Of a stretch of DNA of 64,000 nt, positions 38,109 to 47,933 are shown in pieces. Position numbers and translations under genes: made by a program. The DNA comes from an uncultured Candidatus Saccharibacteria bacterium. Its GTDB lineage: Bacteria > Patescibacteriota > Minisyncoccia > Phycocordibacterales > UBA918. Location of the stretch: NCBI GenBank assembly GCA_964402035.1, contig CAYOAM010000001.1, positions 307,558 to 371,557 on the forward strand, written 5' to 3'. Numbering within the stretch: the first letter of the stretch is position 1; each line of letters starts with the position of its first letter. A model generated the notes under the pieces. The model saw only the letters and a list, made by a program, of their open reading frames with translations, did not search any database and was not told the origin of the DNA.

Positions 38109-38567
38109 ATGTTTATTCAAATGTCAGATTCACAACGAGCTATGGTGCGGTCATACGGCACCCTTGCTGCCCGCATTCTTATGGGAGCATTATTCGTGCT
38201 TGCTGGACTTGGTAAAACCGGAGCACAATTTGCAGGTACGGTAGGGTACATCGCGGGAGCAGGTCTTCCGATGCCGGAGCTACTTGCCATACTCACGATC
38301 ATAGTAGAAATCGGTGGCGGTCTTATGATTATTCTTGGATATCGTATTGGGACTGCGGCAATCGCACTCATCGGCTTTACCCTCCTCGCATCATGGTTCT
38401 TCCACAATCCCAAGACGTGGGAAGGAAACGTTTCCCAACAGATTATGTTTATGAAAAATCTAGCGATCTGCGGCGGACTCCTCTACATGCTCGCGTATGG
38501 TCCTGGCACTGGTCCATCACTACAAAAGAAGTGTGCTCCAAAGGAAGCGTCCGGGGCAACTGCTTAG
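38109..38567 (+). CDS. DoxX family membrane protein
   Basis: ARILMGALFVLAGLGK...EIGGGLMIILG...FMKNLAICGGLL. Confidence 0.9.
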   Translation: MFIQMSDSQRAMVRSYGTLAARILMGALFVLAGLGKTGAQFAGTVGYIAGAGLPMPELLAILTIIVEIGGGLMIILGYRIGTAAIALIGFTLLASWFFHNPKTWEGNVSQQIMFMKNLAICGGLLYMLAYGPGTGPSLQKKCAPKEASGATA

Positions 38568-38583
38568 TTATTCTTCAAAAACG

Positions 38584-38626
38584 AAAAAAACAAAAACCAC
38601 CCGTCAGGGTGGTTTTTGTTTTTTTC
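38584..38626. terminator. Bidirectional terminator between convergent genes
   Basis: aaaaaaacaaaaaccaccc-gtca-gggtggtttttgttttttt. Confidence 0.8.
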
Positions 38627-38631
38627 ATGAT

Positions 38632-39000
38632 CTAGAGAGAAGCAACTTCCTTGCGCCAACAGGGTGCTGATGCATTCCAAGGCTTCGTACCTTGTGCCTC
38701 ATACAGCTCACGTGCGTACGCCATGTTGCCGAAGATTTCATTGAGATTGTACCCCAACTTATCCGCCTGCTTTTGGTGATACCGACGATTGATTTGCATC
38801 ACACCGGTATCAGCATTATCAACCATCCCTCGAAGTACTGACCCATCAGCGAGTGTGTGACGAAATCGTGACTCACACTTCGCGATACTGATCATAACAG
38901 GCATATCCTCAAAATATGAGCGAACCGCCTCTTCAACTTCTTTGGGATTTGCCGTGTCGAGTTCTGCCGCATAGGCAGTTTTGGCTCCGTCCAGATTCAT
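38632..39000 (-). CDS. Lytic transglycosylase (SLT/lysozyme-like) protein; true start may be upstream
   Basis: IAKCESRF...DTGVMQIN...N..YARELY...PW motifs. Confidence 0.8.
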   Translation of the reverse strand: MNLDGAKTAYAAELDTANPKEVEEAVRSYFEDMPVMISIAKCESRFRHTLADGSVLRGMVDNADTGVMQINRRYHQKQADKLGYNLNEIFGNMAYARELYEAQGTKPWNASAPCWRKEVASL

Positions 39001-39298
39001 GTCAATGTTCCCGAATGCCGTCTCTTCAACTGGTACCGTGACGAAAGATGATACAAGCGCAATCGTCGTAAGTAGGTTGCTTAAAATAAGCCAAGGGTCT
39101 TATCTAACAAAAAATCCGGCTTTAACCGAATCTCTTACATAATAGCATATTTTGGAGAAAAGTCAATATTATTCGATGATTTTAAACCTTTGTCAAGAAA
39201 TAAAACCTATATTTTAGGCCGTATTTTGCAAAATTGACATTACAGCATTATGGTCGCCAAACTGCCTCTTCTGAAAGTCACAAAGATGGTTGAGTACT

Positions 39299-40141
39299 TT
39301 AGGTCTGTTTTTGCCTGAGGAGCGCTAGAGAACCGTATAAACCTCCCTCATCCTTCAAAACAGCATCCACAATAGGCGGACATGGCATCAAACCATCCAA
39401 AAGTGCGGCAGTTTTTTCCTGAATAGGTGCCAAAAGTATTCGAGGATCCCCAACGATCATGGAACCACCGAGGACAATCACATCCGGGGACCAATAGACT
39501 ATCGTGTTTTTGAGTCCATAGGCGAGATATTGAGCAAGCTCCTCCCATACCGCATCGCTCTGTGGTACTTCATACGGTTTCTTCCCTACCCGAAGCTGTA
39601 GAGCTTCCCCAGAGATCAAATCCTCCAGAGAACCACTTTTTGCACTAGGTATAACCGTGTGGTCGATGTCGATGACTTGCTTTCCCGGCTCAAAACCAGC
39701 GCTCGCAATATCAATATGGCCATCTACTAGGCGCACTCCTCCGACACCTGTGCTCACCGTGTGATATGCCACAATCGAGTAACCTTTTCCAGCCCCCACG
39801 ACTGCCTCGCCAAGTCCCACAAGTGCAGTGTCATTTTCAATAGAAACAGTCGCATTAAAACGTTCCATAAGCGTATCTTTGAGTGGTTTACCTACCCAGT
39901 CCAAAAGTACGGTCTCACTGAGAATCATGCTTTTCTCATGATTGAGGGGACCACGAATACCGCCCGCAATTGCGGTTACTGTCTCACCCGCTAAGAGTGT
40001 TTCTGCCTCCTGTACAAATTTATTTATACCGTCATCAAATATAGGCGGGGTTTCAAACTTCACCACCTTGTCGATCGTGCTCGCATCTTTTGAAGTTGCG
40101 ATTCTCGTCTTGGTGCCTCCTATATCAAATACTAAATACAT
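39299..40141 (-). CDS. ROK family sugar kinase (glucokinase-like)
   Basis: FDIGGTK, IENDTAL and VSTGVGG motifs; directly after pgi. Confidence 0.9.
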   Translation of the reverse strand: MYLVFDIGGTKTRIATSKDASTIDKVVKFETPPIFDDGINKFVQEAETLLAGETVTAIAGGIRGPLNHEKSMILSETVLLDWVGKPLKDTLMERFNATVSIENDTALVGLGEAVVGAGKGYSIVAYHTVSTGVGGVRLVDGHIDIASAGFEPGKQVIDIDHTVIPSAKSGSLEDLISGEALQLRVGKKPYEVPQSDAVWEELAQYLAYGLKNTIVYWSPDVIVLGGSMIVGDPRILLAPIQEKTAALLDGLMPCPPIVDAVLKDEGGLYGSLALLRQKQT

Positions 40142-40147
40142 ATCGTG

Positions 40148-41431
40148 TTACTCACCATTACTCTCTAATATTCGGCGAGTTTCTTTTTTGTAGAGCTCTA
40201 CGTGCGGTTGATCAAATGCATTAATGTCGAAAGCTGTCGCAATAAACATAACTTCAAGCATACGCTCTGCCATATACGCGCCCATCGTTTCTGCATCAAC
40301 GCGCACCAGCGACGTACGTGCATACGGAAGTTTTGCTTCTACATATGCCGCATGGACTCCTGCCATAATCGCCTCAGGAATACGGCTGTACGATCGATCG
40401 CCTATGATCGTGGTTTGTGCTCCCGTCTCGATAGTGCCAATCTCATACGCACTTTTTGATGTTTCTATGCCCACAAATGTGGTAAATGTGCCCGGAAAAC
40501 CGGAAAGGTACAGTTGTGCGGTAGCGTGGAGTTCGCGTGGTGTCGCTACGAGAGGAGCAGCACCGATGCGCACTTGAGATCCGTTCTTCGTCTCAGTTTT
40601 TCCCAGACTTTCTGCAAAAAGTTGCTGGTACCATCGCATCAGGTTGTCGAGTCGTGCGTCCTCTGAAAATAGCACGTGTGTATGCATACCGCTTTCAAGA
40701 TGAGTCGCAAGGACTGCAGCCGAAAATGCCCCTGCATTTTCGGCTACTTCTCCAAGCGAGCGATCTATACTTTCTCGCGCACCACGTAGCAATGCCTCTG
40801 CATCAAAGCCAAGGAGGAGTGCTGGCACCAGTCCGACGGTTGTAAATACAGAATAGCGCCCACCTACTTCTTTGGGCATTGCTGCATATGCGATGCCACG
40901 CTCTTTGGCATAGGTATGGAGTTTGGTATCAGGATCCCCAATGCAGATCACGCGACGGTATGCTTCGTCACCATGGCGATTTTTAAGAGCAGTCAAAACG
41001 ATATCAGCATTCACGAGTGTCTCCGTTGTACTACCCGATTTTGAAATAACCACTACCGCAATGTCTGCAAGTGCTACTGACTCACAGAGAGCGAGGACTT
41101 CTCGCATCTTTCGCTCATCCATCATATCAAGCACCGTGAGCGTTGGTGTCGCCTCTGTTTTGAGGGCACCATACAATGCTTCGGTACCCACACTCGATCC
41201 TCCAATACCAATAAGTACCACATGTCGCGCGTGTCCTACGGCACGCGCGACAGCTTCTGCTTTTGCAAGATGCTGTTCATCAAAAGGCACGGTTAGTGCC
41301 GCTTCAGGTACGTCATAATCCCGCTCATTCACCTGCGCCTTGAGTTTTGCTCCATAAGCTGCCAACGCATCAACCCGAGCCCGCACATTGTCCTTAGGCA
41401 CCAAAGCCGTTTTTTCAAATATGTACTCCAT
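40148..41431 (-). CDS. pgi: Glucose-6-phosphate isomerase
   Basis: IGIGGSS, VISKSGSTTET, VGGRYS, QLFAESLGK and FDQPHVELYK motifs. Confidence 0.92.
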   Translation of the reverse strand: MEYIFEKTALVPKDNVRARVDALAAYGAKLKAQVNERDYDVPEAALTVPFDEQHLAKAEAVARAVGHARHVVLIGIGGSSVGTEALYGALKTEATPTLTVLDMMDERKMREVLALCESVALADIAVVVISKSGSTTETLVNADIVLTALKNRHGDEAYRRVICIGDPDTKLHTYAKERGIAYAAMPKEVGGRYSVFTTVGLVPALLLGFDAEALLRGARESIDRSLGEVAENAGAFSAAVLATHLESGMHTHVLFSEDARLDNLMRWYQQLFAESLGKTETKNGSQVRIGAAPLVATPRELHATAQLYLSGFPGTFTTFVGIETSKSAYEIGTIETGAQTTIIGDRSYSRIPEAIMAGVHAAYVEAKLPYARTSLVRVDAETMGAYMAERMLEVMFIATAFDINAFDQPHVELYKKETRRILESNGE

Positions 41432-41568
41432 GACCCAGAAAGTATAGCATCTAAGAAGCGAAGGGATCTACGATGGTGTTAAAAATGGTCAATTGACTTC
41501 TCTATATACGAAGCGTAGTATTTTGCCAGCTTCAGTTACCAAACAAACCGGATCAAGGAGATCAGGCT

Positions 41569-41853
41569 ATGAGAAATGTATTCTTGATATTAGGCTGCAT
41601 CCTTAGCTGCGGGGGGTTTCTTCAAATCTTCCAGATGATAATCAGCCAGGATGATGAAAAGGCGCAACTTGTGCTAATCAAACAACTTAGGGAAGAACTT
41701 CGCGCGAATGATCTTGGTAAAGCAGGAGTATCTTTCACCGAATACGCATATGCAGAGAACCGTCGGCATAATCGTGCGAGAGCGTTCAGTGTAGCATTGA
41801 GCGCAATGTCGGCCGGGATTGTGATACTGATTGTGCTCCTTTATTTCAAATAA
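41569..41853 (+). CDS. Hypothetical 2-TM protein
   Basis: TTGACT-17-TAGTAT promoter (41493-41521), AAGGAG SD, downstream hairpin. Confidence 0.65.
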   Translation: MRNVFLILGCILSCGGFLQIFQMIISQDDEKAQLVLIKQLREELRANDLGKAGVSFTEYAYAENRRHNRARAFSVALSAMSAGIVILIVLLYFK

Positions 41854-41959
41854 CACGAAATCGCCTCGCCCAAGCGGAAATCATCCGCTCGGGCGATTTT
41901 CTTTTCATATAAAAAGACTGCCCAAAACGACAGTCTCAAAAAATTTTCCTAGATATTCC

Positions 41960-42247
41960 CTACTTTTTCTTTTTTCTTTTTCTTGTGGGCTGGCAAACAG
42001 ACTTCTTTTTCGTTTTCTGTTGCGTTTTCAGACGAGCCACAGATTTCTTTCTGACCGCCTGAATGCATCGTTGCATTTCACGATCGTACTTACGTGATAA
42101 AGCTCGATACTGTTTTCCAGGTGGATATGGCCAATTTTCAACGGCTTTAGTGAACTGCTTGATCGCTCTGCCCATATACTCATCACCTGCTTCAGAAGTG
42201 ATGAGTTCGAGTGCTCTTTCTTCAGGCGTTTTCTGACGCTTCGGCAT
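41960..42247 (-). CDS. Hypothetical basic protein
   Basis: 95-aa ORF with a purine-rich SD-like sequence upstream. Confidence 0.45.
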   Translation of the reverse strand: MPKRQKTPEERALELITSEAGDEYMGRAIKQFTKAVENWPYPPGKQYRALSRKYDREMQRCIQAVRKKSVARLKTQQKTKKKSVCQPTRKRKKKK

Positions 42248-42313
42248 CGATATGCCCCTTTCACTGTTCCCTAAAGACTATAGCACTCTAGTAAACGAAG
42301 ACAAGTGTGGTCC

Positions 42314-43027
42314 CTACTTCCCCTTCCCTAAAATCAAATTATTGAATATCTTTCCAACCACTCCCACCAAAAGTCCAAAGAGTGCCATACCACTAAACTT
42401 TGCCACTATAAAAATAACAGTCCCTGCAACCCCGGGAGGAATTGGTGCAGGTAGACCCCCAAGAAACACTGAAAATGTCCAAAACATACCACCAGGAATG
42501 CTCCAATACTGTCCATCGGGACTAAAAAATACATGCAGGAGTACACCAAAGATAAGTGTCACCAGTATCAATGTCGAAGCATAGAGCACGATATTAAAAC
42601 TAAAAATACCCAAAGTATCTTCTGCACCCTTTACATGGAGGCGAGAGAGTTTCGCAAGCCGTACCAAGCGCAAAAATCTGATTATGCGCACAATGCGTGA
42701 AGATTTTAGGAATGTCAGGTTCCCAATGCCGATAAACGTCGGCACGATAGCAACAAGATCGACAATACCAAAAAAACTCAGTGCATACTCACTTTTACGT
42801 TTTGTCGCCCAGAGCCTTAGGGCATACTCAATGGAAAATAGAGTTACCGTGCTCCACTCAATAATTAGAAATATCGAGTGATATGCTTGTAATGATGTTA
42901 CCGTTTCAAGTGTGATAGCAAAAATAGAAACGATAGTGGCAAGAGCAAATAAATCATTTACAATAGAAAAATACTTCGACCGTGGATTCTCGAATGTCGC
43001 AAGTACTGCTTGTTTTGAAAATTGCAT
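42314..43027 (-). CDS. Voltage-gated-type ion channel (Ion_trans) with atypical pore
   Basis: EYALRLW, IVDLVAIVP and S4 RIVRIIRFLRLVRLAK; no GYG filter. Confidence 0.8.
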   Translation of the reverse strand: MQFSKQAVLATFENPRSKYFSIVNDLFALATIVSIFAITLETVTSLQAYHSIFLIIEWSTVTLFSIEYALRLWATKRKSEYALSFFGIVDLVAIVPTFIGIGNLTFLKSSRIVRIIRFLRLVRLAKLSRLHVKGAEDTLGIFSFNIVLYASTLILVTLIFGVLLHVFFSPDGQYWSIPGGMFWTFSVFLGGLPAPIPPGVAGTVIFIVAKFSGMALFGLLVGVVGKIFNNLILGKGK

Positions 43028-43066
43028 ATCTACGTCTTCAGCAACTTACCTCCGCACAAATAGCCC

Positions 43067-43813
43067 TTACACTTGCTTCGGAGTGCACAGATCTGCTTTT
43101 TTCATAATATAATCGTGTGCTTCATCGACAGAGTCAACCAGGTGGTAGATCGCCATATCTTCTTTGTGTATTGTCTTGTACTTTTTGTAGAGCGTTTCAT
43201 CTATCCACTTCAGAAGTGGGCTCCAATAGTCCTTTCCGTAAAGGATAATCGGAATTTTTGAGATCTTTTTAGTTTGTACCAGTGTAATAAGTTCAAACAG
43301 CTCATCAAGCGTACCAAAACCTCCAGGGAAATAGACATACACTTCGGAGGCAAAAGAGAGCATCACTTTGCGGGTGAAGAAAAAATGAAAATGTTCTGCA
43401 TCGGTCGTATAGGGATTGAGACGCTGCTCCATCGGAAGCTCAATATTGATACCTACTGATTTTCCCCCCACCTTAAATGCACCCACGTTTGCAGCTTCCA
43501 TAACCCCGGGGCCTCCGCCGGTAATGACGGCAAAACCGCTTTTTGCAAGTTTTGCCGCAAGTCCTTCTGACGCTTTGTAAATCTCATCGCCAGCCTCACA
43601 ACGAGCCGTACCAAAAAAAGTGACGGCAAGTCCGTAGCGGCGCAATATTTCAAAACCAGAGACAAACTCGGACATGATGCGGAATATGCGCCATGACTGT
43701 ACGGCATCACCATTGGGATCAAGCAGATCCGACATCACGCGACATGCAGGGTATTGTGTCTTGCTCGGATCAGGTATGTCCGCCATTTTGCCTTTGCGTA
43801 AAGAAAATTTCAT
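43067..43813 (-). CDS. LOG family protein (TIGR00730-like)
   Basis: TGGGPGVMEAAN, FFTRKVML and PGGFGTLDE motifs. Confidence 0.92.
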   Translation of the reverse strand: MKFSLRKGKMADIPDPSKTQYPACRVMSDLLDPNGDAVQSWRIFRIMSEFVSGFEILRRYGLAVTFFGTARCEAGDEIYKASEGLAAKLAKSGFAVITGGGPGVMEAANVGAFKVGGKSVGINIELPMEQRLNPYTTDAEHFHFFFTRKVMLSFASEVYVYFPGGFGTLDELFELITLVQTKKISKIPIILYGKDYWSPLLKWIDETLYKKYKTIHKEDMAIYHLVDSVDEAHDYIMKKADLCTPKQV

Positions 43814-43843
43814 AGAACATACGAATGCTATACGCAAATGATA

Positions 43844-44434
43844 TCACAGCCACGGTATCTCATACGAATCAAATTCGGGGAGAAGTTTTTTATCATAGAG
43901 CAGTCGCGACGTAACTTCCGCATGTGACTTTGCACCAGTAAGTGCATTGTGCGGTGTTGGTTCTTGCGGTATGCCGCAATAATTTAAAATGGCATCAAGA
44001 TCAAGTGCAGAGCGATGATTTTTAATTGGTGGCGTGAGTCCGCGTTTGACCATATGCATCCATGCAAGTGTATGCGTATCAATCGTACGATACGCAAAAG
44101 GCCAGTCCGTATGTCCGGCTCGTCCTGCCGCAGCTTTAACATAGTCGCGATCAAACGAGACATTTTGTCCAACAAATGTCTGATCCTCGGTCTCTTGTGC
44201 CCATGCAATGAATGCATGCACCATATCGCCCTCGCTCGGTTTCTCTGGATCCGTGATTTCTTCTTTAGTAAAACCACAGACGGCTAAAGCTTCGTCCATG
44301 ATGTGTGCACCATCCCAGATGTGACACTCCATATAAAACTGTCGTGTAGGATTTGAAAAATCGATAGCGCCTAAAGACACCATCGAGTGTTTCTCATAAT
44401 CGGTCCCGGACGCCTCTACATCAACGATAAGCAT
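43844..44434 (-). CDS. DEDDh 3'-5' exonuclease
   Basis: VDVEASG, GQNVSFD, IDT and HNALTGA motifs. Confidence 0.85.
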   Translation of the reverse strand: MLIVDVEASGTDYEKHSMVSLGAIDFSNPTRQFYMECHIWDGAHIMDEALAVCGFTKEEITDPEKPSEGDMVHAFIAWAQETEDQTFVGQNVSFDRDYVKAAAGRAGHTDWPFAYRTIDTHTLAWMHMVKRGLTPPIKNHRSALDLDAILNYCGIPQEPTPHNALTGAKSHAEVTSRLLYDKKLLPEFDSYEIPWL

Positions 44435-44469
44435 AGGTACCAGTATACCGCATCGTGTATAAAGACTAG

Positions 44470-44745
44470 CTATGGCGTAGTGACGGACAGCGGTGCTTCT
44501 GGTGCTGGCTCCTTATGGACTTTATCGTACGTCTTTTTTAAAATACTATCGAGGCGAGGATACTTTGCACGATACACGGCAAGTCGCGCTTGCAAATGAG
44601 GTGCATCCAGCAAGAAAAGATAAAGTGCAAAACCAATCATGATCCATCCAGGAAGTAACGGCAAAATGAGGGATACGAGCCCAAATGTAAACATGCCCGT
44701 GGCAACGGTTTTTCGCAGTAGCGGACGTTTTCTTAAGAGTTTCAT
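44470..44745 (-). CDS. Small membrane protein (PGPGW-like)
   Basis: GLVSLILPLLPGWIMIGFAL; ATGA overlap with the upstream gene. Confidence 0.65.
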   Translation of the reverse strand: MKLLRKRPLLRKTVATGMFTFGLVSLILPLLPGWIMIGFALYLFLLDAPHLQARLAVYRAKYPRLDSILKKTYDKVHKEPAPEAPLSVTTP

Positions 44746-45140
44746 ATTCCGGGACAATTTGCGGCGGGTGTGTATCCTGATGCAGCAGCTTCTTCTTTGG
44801 TACTAAACCAGACCTGATTTAGTTCCGTTATGCGTTTTGCTCCTGAACACCATGGCAGGTGATACTTGTTCCCTTTCTTGGATCCCACATAGGTCCCCGT
44901 CTTTTTTATGGACGATGTTGTAGTACCTACAGGTGGAGCCAAAACTCCGGCTGGTGCCGCTACCAGTGATGACGTAGCAGCATTCACTTTCTGTATACTA
45001 CGCACCTGCGGCTCAACGGTAACCGACAGTCTGCCAAGCCCAAAACCCATCACTCCCGTAAGGACGACGAGAAGTCCGACAAAGACTCGATCATCAAGGA
45101 TCAAGGCCTTGATTTTGAGCACAATGTTAGGTATACTCAC
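44742..45140 (-). CDS. Membrane-anchored protein with Ada-like metal-binding domain
   Basis: YVGSKKGNKYHLPWCSGA...EEAAASGYTPAANC; GTG start 6 nt after TATAAT. Confidence 0.75.
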   Translation of the reverse strand: MSIPNIVLKIKALILDDRVFVGLLVVLTGVMGFGLGRLSVTVEPQVRSIQKVNAATSSLVAAPAGVLAPPVGTTTSSIKKTGTYVGSKKGNKYHLPWCSGAKRITELNQVWFSTKEEAAASGYTPAANCPGI

Positions 45141-45190
45141 TCGGTCATTATACACGAAGACCCCGGGTCTTCTTTGATTAAAAACTATCC

Positions 45191-45475
45191 ATGGCAACTA
45201 AAAAAGCTGGAGGTACAGCCAAAAACCTACGTGATTCAAACCCAAAGTACTTGGGCGTTAAAGTAGCGCACGGCGATTCTGTACGTACTGGTGAGATTAT
45301 CGTCCGTCAGCGCGGTACCAAGATCCTTCCCGGGAAAAACGTAGGTACTGGCAAAGACCACACCATCTACTCCTCAATCAACGGTATCGTTTCCTTTAAA
45401 AACACCCGAAAGACAGGTTTTGACGGACGCACCGCAAGTCGTAAGGCAGTCGATGTTGTCCCTCACGCTAGGTAA
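45191..45475 (+). CDS. rpmA: 50S ribosomal protein L27
   Basis: [24 protein letters not shown]...IIVRQRGTK. Confidence 0.98.
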   Translation: MATKKAGGTAKNLRDSNPKYLGVKVAHGDSVRTGEIIVRQRGTKILPGKNVGTGKDHTIYSSINGIVSFKNTRKTGFDGRTASRKAVDVVPHAR

Positions 45476-45487
45476 ATTGACACCCTT

Positions 45488-45529
45488 GAGCATTAAAAAA
45501 CACCGTAAAGACGGTGTTTTTTAATGCTC
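45488..45529 (+). terminator. Terminator after rpmA
   Basis: gagcattaaaaaacaccgt-aaag-acggtgttttttaatgctc. Confidence 0.75.
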
Positions 45530-45609
45530 AGGTAAAAAAGTTGCATTCTTAATATTATATGGTATAATATATCAGGCTTAGTTTTTCTCTTACTGTGGGA
45601 GTTTTTGCG

Positions 45610-45957
45610 ATGAGCGACCAATTTAACGTCTGCTGCCTCAGTTGCGACTCGGTTTTCAACCCTAACAAGGGCAGCGACCTCTGGCATAAGGCCAAAAGAC
45701 GTTTGGAAGCAGGCTACCTAGACGCACTGCATGTTACTGGAACCGTATGTGGGTGTGTGACCCTTCCTGCTGAGCCGGAAGCTCGATTTCGAGTTTTCGG
45801 GTACAACAGTAACTGCGAGGATTTTGACATCCCATTCGGGGAACTCCGTCCGGCGGTTCAGCAATATCTGAGCCTGAGGCGAAATAAAACGGTTGACGTC
45901 TTTATCGCCGGAGTCTCCGACCATGTCCGTCGAAAGTTGGACATGGTCAACTGCTGA
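45610..45957 (+). CDS. Hypothetical protein (Cys-containing N-terminus)
   Basis: ORF preceded by GGGAG and a TGGTATAAT promoter. Confidence 0.55.
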   Translation: MSDQFNVCCLSCDSVFNPNKGSDLWHKAKRRLEAGYLDALHVTGTVCGCVTLPAEPEARFRVFGYNSNCEDFDIPFGELRPAVQQYLSLRRNKTVDVFIAGVSDHVRRKLDMVNC

Positions 45958-46063
45958 CACGCTGGCTATAATACCCCCCGAGTTCGGACCACACGCTATG
46001 TGTGTATCCGGCTCGGGGTTAATTCGTTCAATTTTTCGAAACATTCTTTTTTAGGAGACGGCA

Positions 46064-46387
46064 ATGACACTTCTTCACATCGGTGACGTGGTGAGTTGGT
46101 CTCAAGCTTTTGATCGGGCACGCAAGTTTCTGATCAAAGATCAGCTTACTGCTGTGGCAATAGTCCCCGAGCATGAATATGCAGAAGGAAACTACTTCGC
46201 CACGCACCTCGATGAGTTTACACCTATATTTGGCGCAATCGATAGCGTCCTCGACAACCTCGCTGAGACATCACGTATGCTCTACCCAGGTGCAACTACA
46301 TTTCGGCTCATGCACGGGGCAGCTCGATATCCTCGGCCTGAAGGAGTGATTGACGGCTGGATGTTCATCATCGTCTATAACAATTAA
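46064..46387 (+). CDS. Hypothetical protein
   Basis: AGGAG SD upstream of the ATG. Confidence 0.6.
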   Translation: MTLLHIGDVVSWSQAFDRARKFLIKDQLTAVAIVPEHEYAEGNYFATHLDEFTPIFGAIDSVLDNLAETSRMLYPGATTFRLMHGAARYPRPEGVIDGWMFIIVYNN

Positions 46388-46465
46388 TTCCGCTCTCCAC
46401 AAAAAAGACCGTTGTGTCAATTTTTTGGTGCAGCGGTTTTTTCTTTTGTCTTCTTATGCCTAATT

Positions 46466-46488
46466 ATGTCAAGGTTAAACCTTGACAT
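46466..46488. repeat. 23-bp palindrome with 1-nt centre (REP-like)
   Basis: atgtcaaggtt-a-aaccttgacat. Confidence 0.55.
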
Positions 46489-46493
46489 TGGGA

Positions 46494-47207
46494 CTACTTT
46501 TTCCGACCTTGGATTGATACAAACAGAGGGTATTCGGGGTGTTTGGATATTGTCCCAAGCGTTTGAATAGAGTCAACTTCAAGACCCGCTTCCTTTAGAG
46601 CATCTGTAGTTTCTTTGAGTGTATACATATAAAAATCATTTCTGGTAAGAGGGTTAATAGGCAAATTTACTTTCCCAGAAATCATATTTCCATGCTCAGT
46701 ATAGTCAACAAACATCGAGCGCCAGATATGGTGACTGTCGGGATTGGTGGTGACAATATTAAACGCTGCTTCTTTTTTAAGTATCCTTGCCAATTCCTGT
46801 GATGCCATCTCTAGATCCGCAAGATGAAACCAGACATTGATGGAAATTACTCCATCTGCACTGTCGGTCGCAACGGGTAATGTATATGCGTTCCCAACGA
46901 CAAAATGAAGATGTTCATTTTTCCCGTAGAGTTCTGTTGCACGTTTTGTCAGAATTTCTGAAGGTTCAATACCAATGTATTCACCACGAAAACTCCCCAG
47001 TTGCTGTGAACAGATCCCCTGCCCCGATCCTATTTCTACAATGGTACCGTCACCAATATTAGACGCCCATGTTTTAAGCATCGGGTATATCTCTTTGTCG
47101 CGCGTCATACTGCGCTCACCCTCGACCGACCTGATCCACTCTTGCGCTACGACTTCGTCCTCAAAAGGGTTTTCTTCTCGCTGCTGTGTTGGCTTTACTT
47201 TATCCAT
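46494..47207 (-). CDS. Class I SAM-dependent methyltransferase
   Basis: IVEIGSGQG, GIEPS, VGNAYTLP and ELARILK motifs. Confidence 0.88.
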   Translation of the reverse strand: MDKVKPTQQREENPFEDEVVAQEWIRSVEGERSMTRDKEIYPMLKTWASNIGDGTIVEIGSGQGICSQQLGSFRGEYIGIEPSEILTKRATELYGKNEHLHFVVGNAYTLPVATDSADGVISINVWFHLADLEMASQELARILKKEAAFNIVTTNPDSHHIWRSMFVDYTEHGNMISGKVNLPINPLTRNDFYMYTLKETTDALKEAGLEVDSIQTLGTISKHPEYPLFVSIQGRKK

Positions 47208-47263
47208 GTACTAAAGATACACTGTCTGCATTAGCCATCCAAACACATAATCACGCATCACAT

Positions 47264-47839
47264 ATGCCTAGCCCAGAAGGACTCAAAACTGACGATGAAA
47301 AGATGCGTTCGCAGCTTGAAACATATATTAGAGAACATGAATTGTCATTCAGACATGTAGAGCGAGTCTATGCAGATGCACTACAGTCGGAAGACATCCC
47401 GACCGTTACGAATATTGATCTGCAGCAGCATATGCAACGCATGTTTGACCGGAAGTTTCCCCTCAATCAAATCGTGGAAATTGCTAAAAATATGCGCAAA
47501 GAGTATGTTGCACTTGCAAAGGAACTTTCGGAAAGTAAGGAGGTATTCCCTTTTCCAGGGATGGATCCATATAGTTATACAGGCGCAAAAAAAACAGATG
47601 AGGAATTCCCTGGGTTGACCACAGATACTGATATTCTTATTGGGCGAATGAAAAAAGAAGGGATAAGGATTGTTTTGACTATGGGTGAAGGTATGGATGC
47701 CGCTAGCGGAAACGTCTACGTATTGCCAGCGGGTGAGAGCGATGTTCTGTATGATGGCATATTCCCAAACCAACTAGCAAGCAATATGATCACCGATAAA
47801 CGACTACGTCGACTAAGTTTGTTGGAAAAAATAATGTAG
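47264..47839 (+). CDS. Hypothetical protein
   Basis: ORF 47186..47839, probable start at MPSPEG. Confidence 0.6.
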   Translation: MPSPEGLKTDDEKMRSQLETYIREHELSFRHVERVYADALQSEDIPTVTNIDLQQHMQRMFDRKFPLNQIVEIAKNMRKEYVALAKELSESKEVFPFPGMDPYSYTGAKKTDEEFPGLTTDTDILIGRMKKEGIRIVLTMGEGMDAASGNVYVLPAGESDVLYDGIFPNQLASNMITDKRLRRLSLLEKIM

Positions 47840-47848
47840 CAATGAGCA

Positions 47849-47895
47849 ACACAAAAACAGGGCGATTCCTTTGGAATCGCCCTGTTTTTGTGTTT
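47849..47895. terminator. Bidirectional terminator
   Basis: acacaaaaacagggcgattcc-ttt-ggaatcgccctgtttttgtgt between convergent genes. Confidence 0.8.
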
Positions 47896-47933
47896 TTATT
47901 ATCTTGCGATAATATATTGGAACTTTACTAATC

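Noticed and set aside
45471-45486. GGGTGTCAATTTACC (minus strand) after rpmA resembling the junction motif
   Set aside because: It lacks the CAG core, has different spacing and has no cassette context; probably chance.
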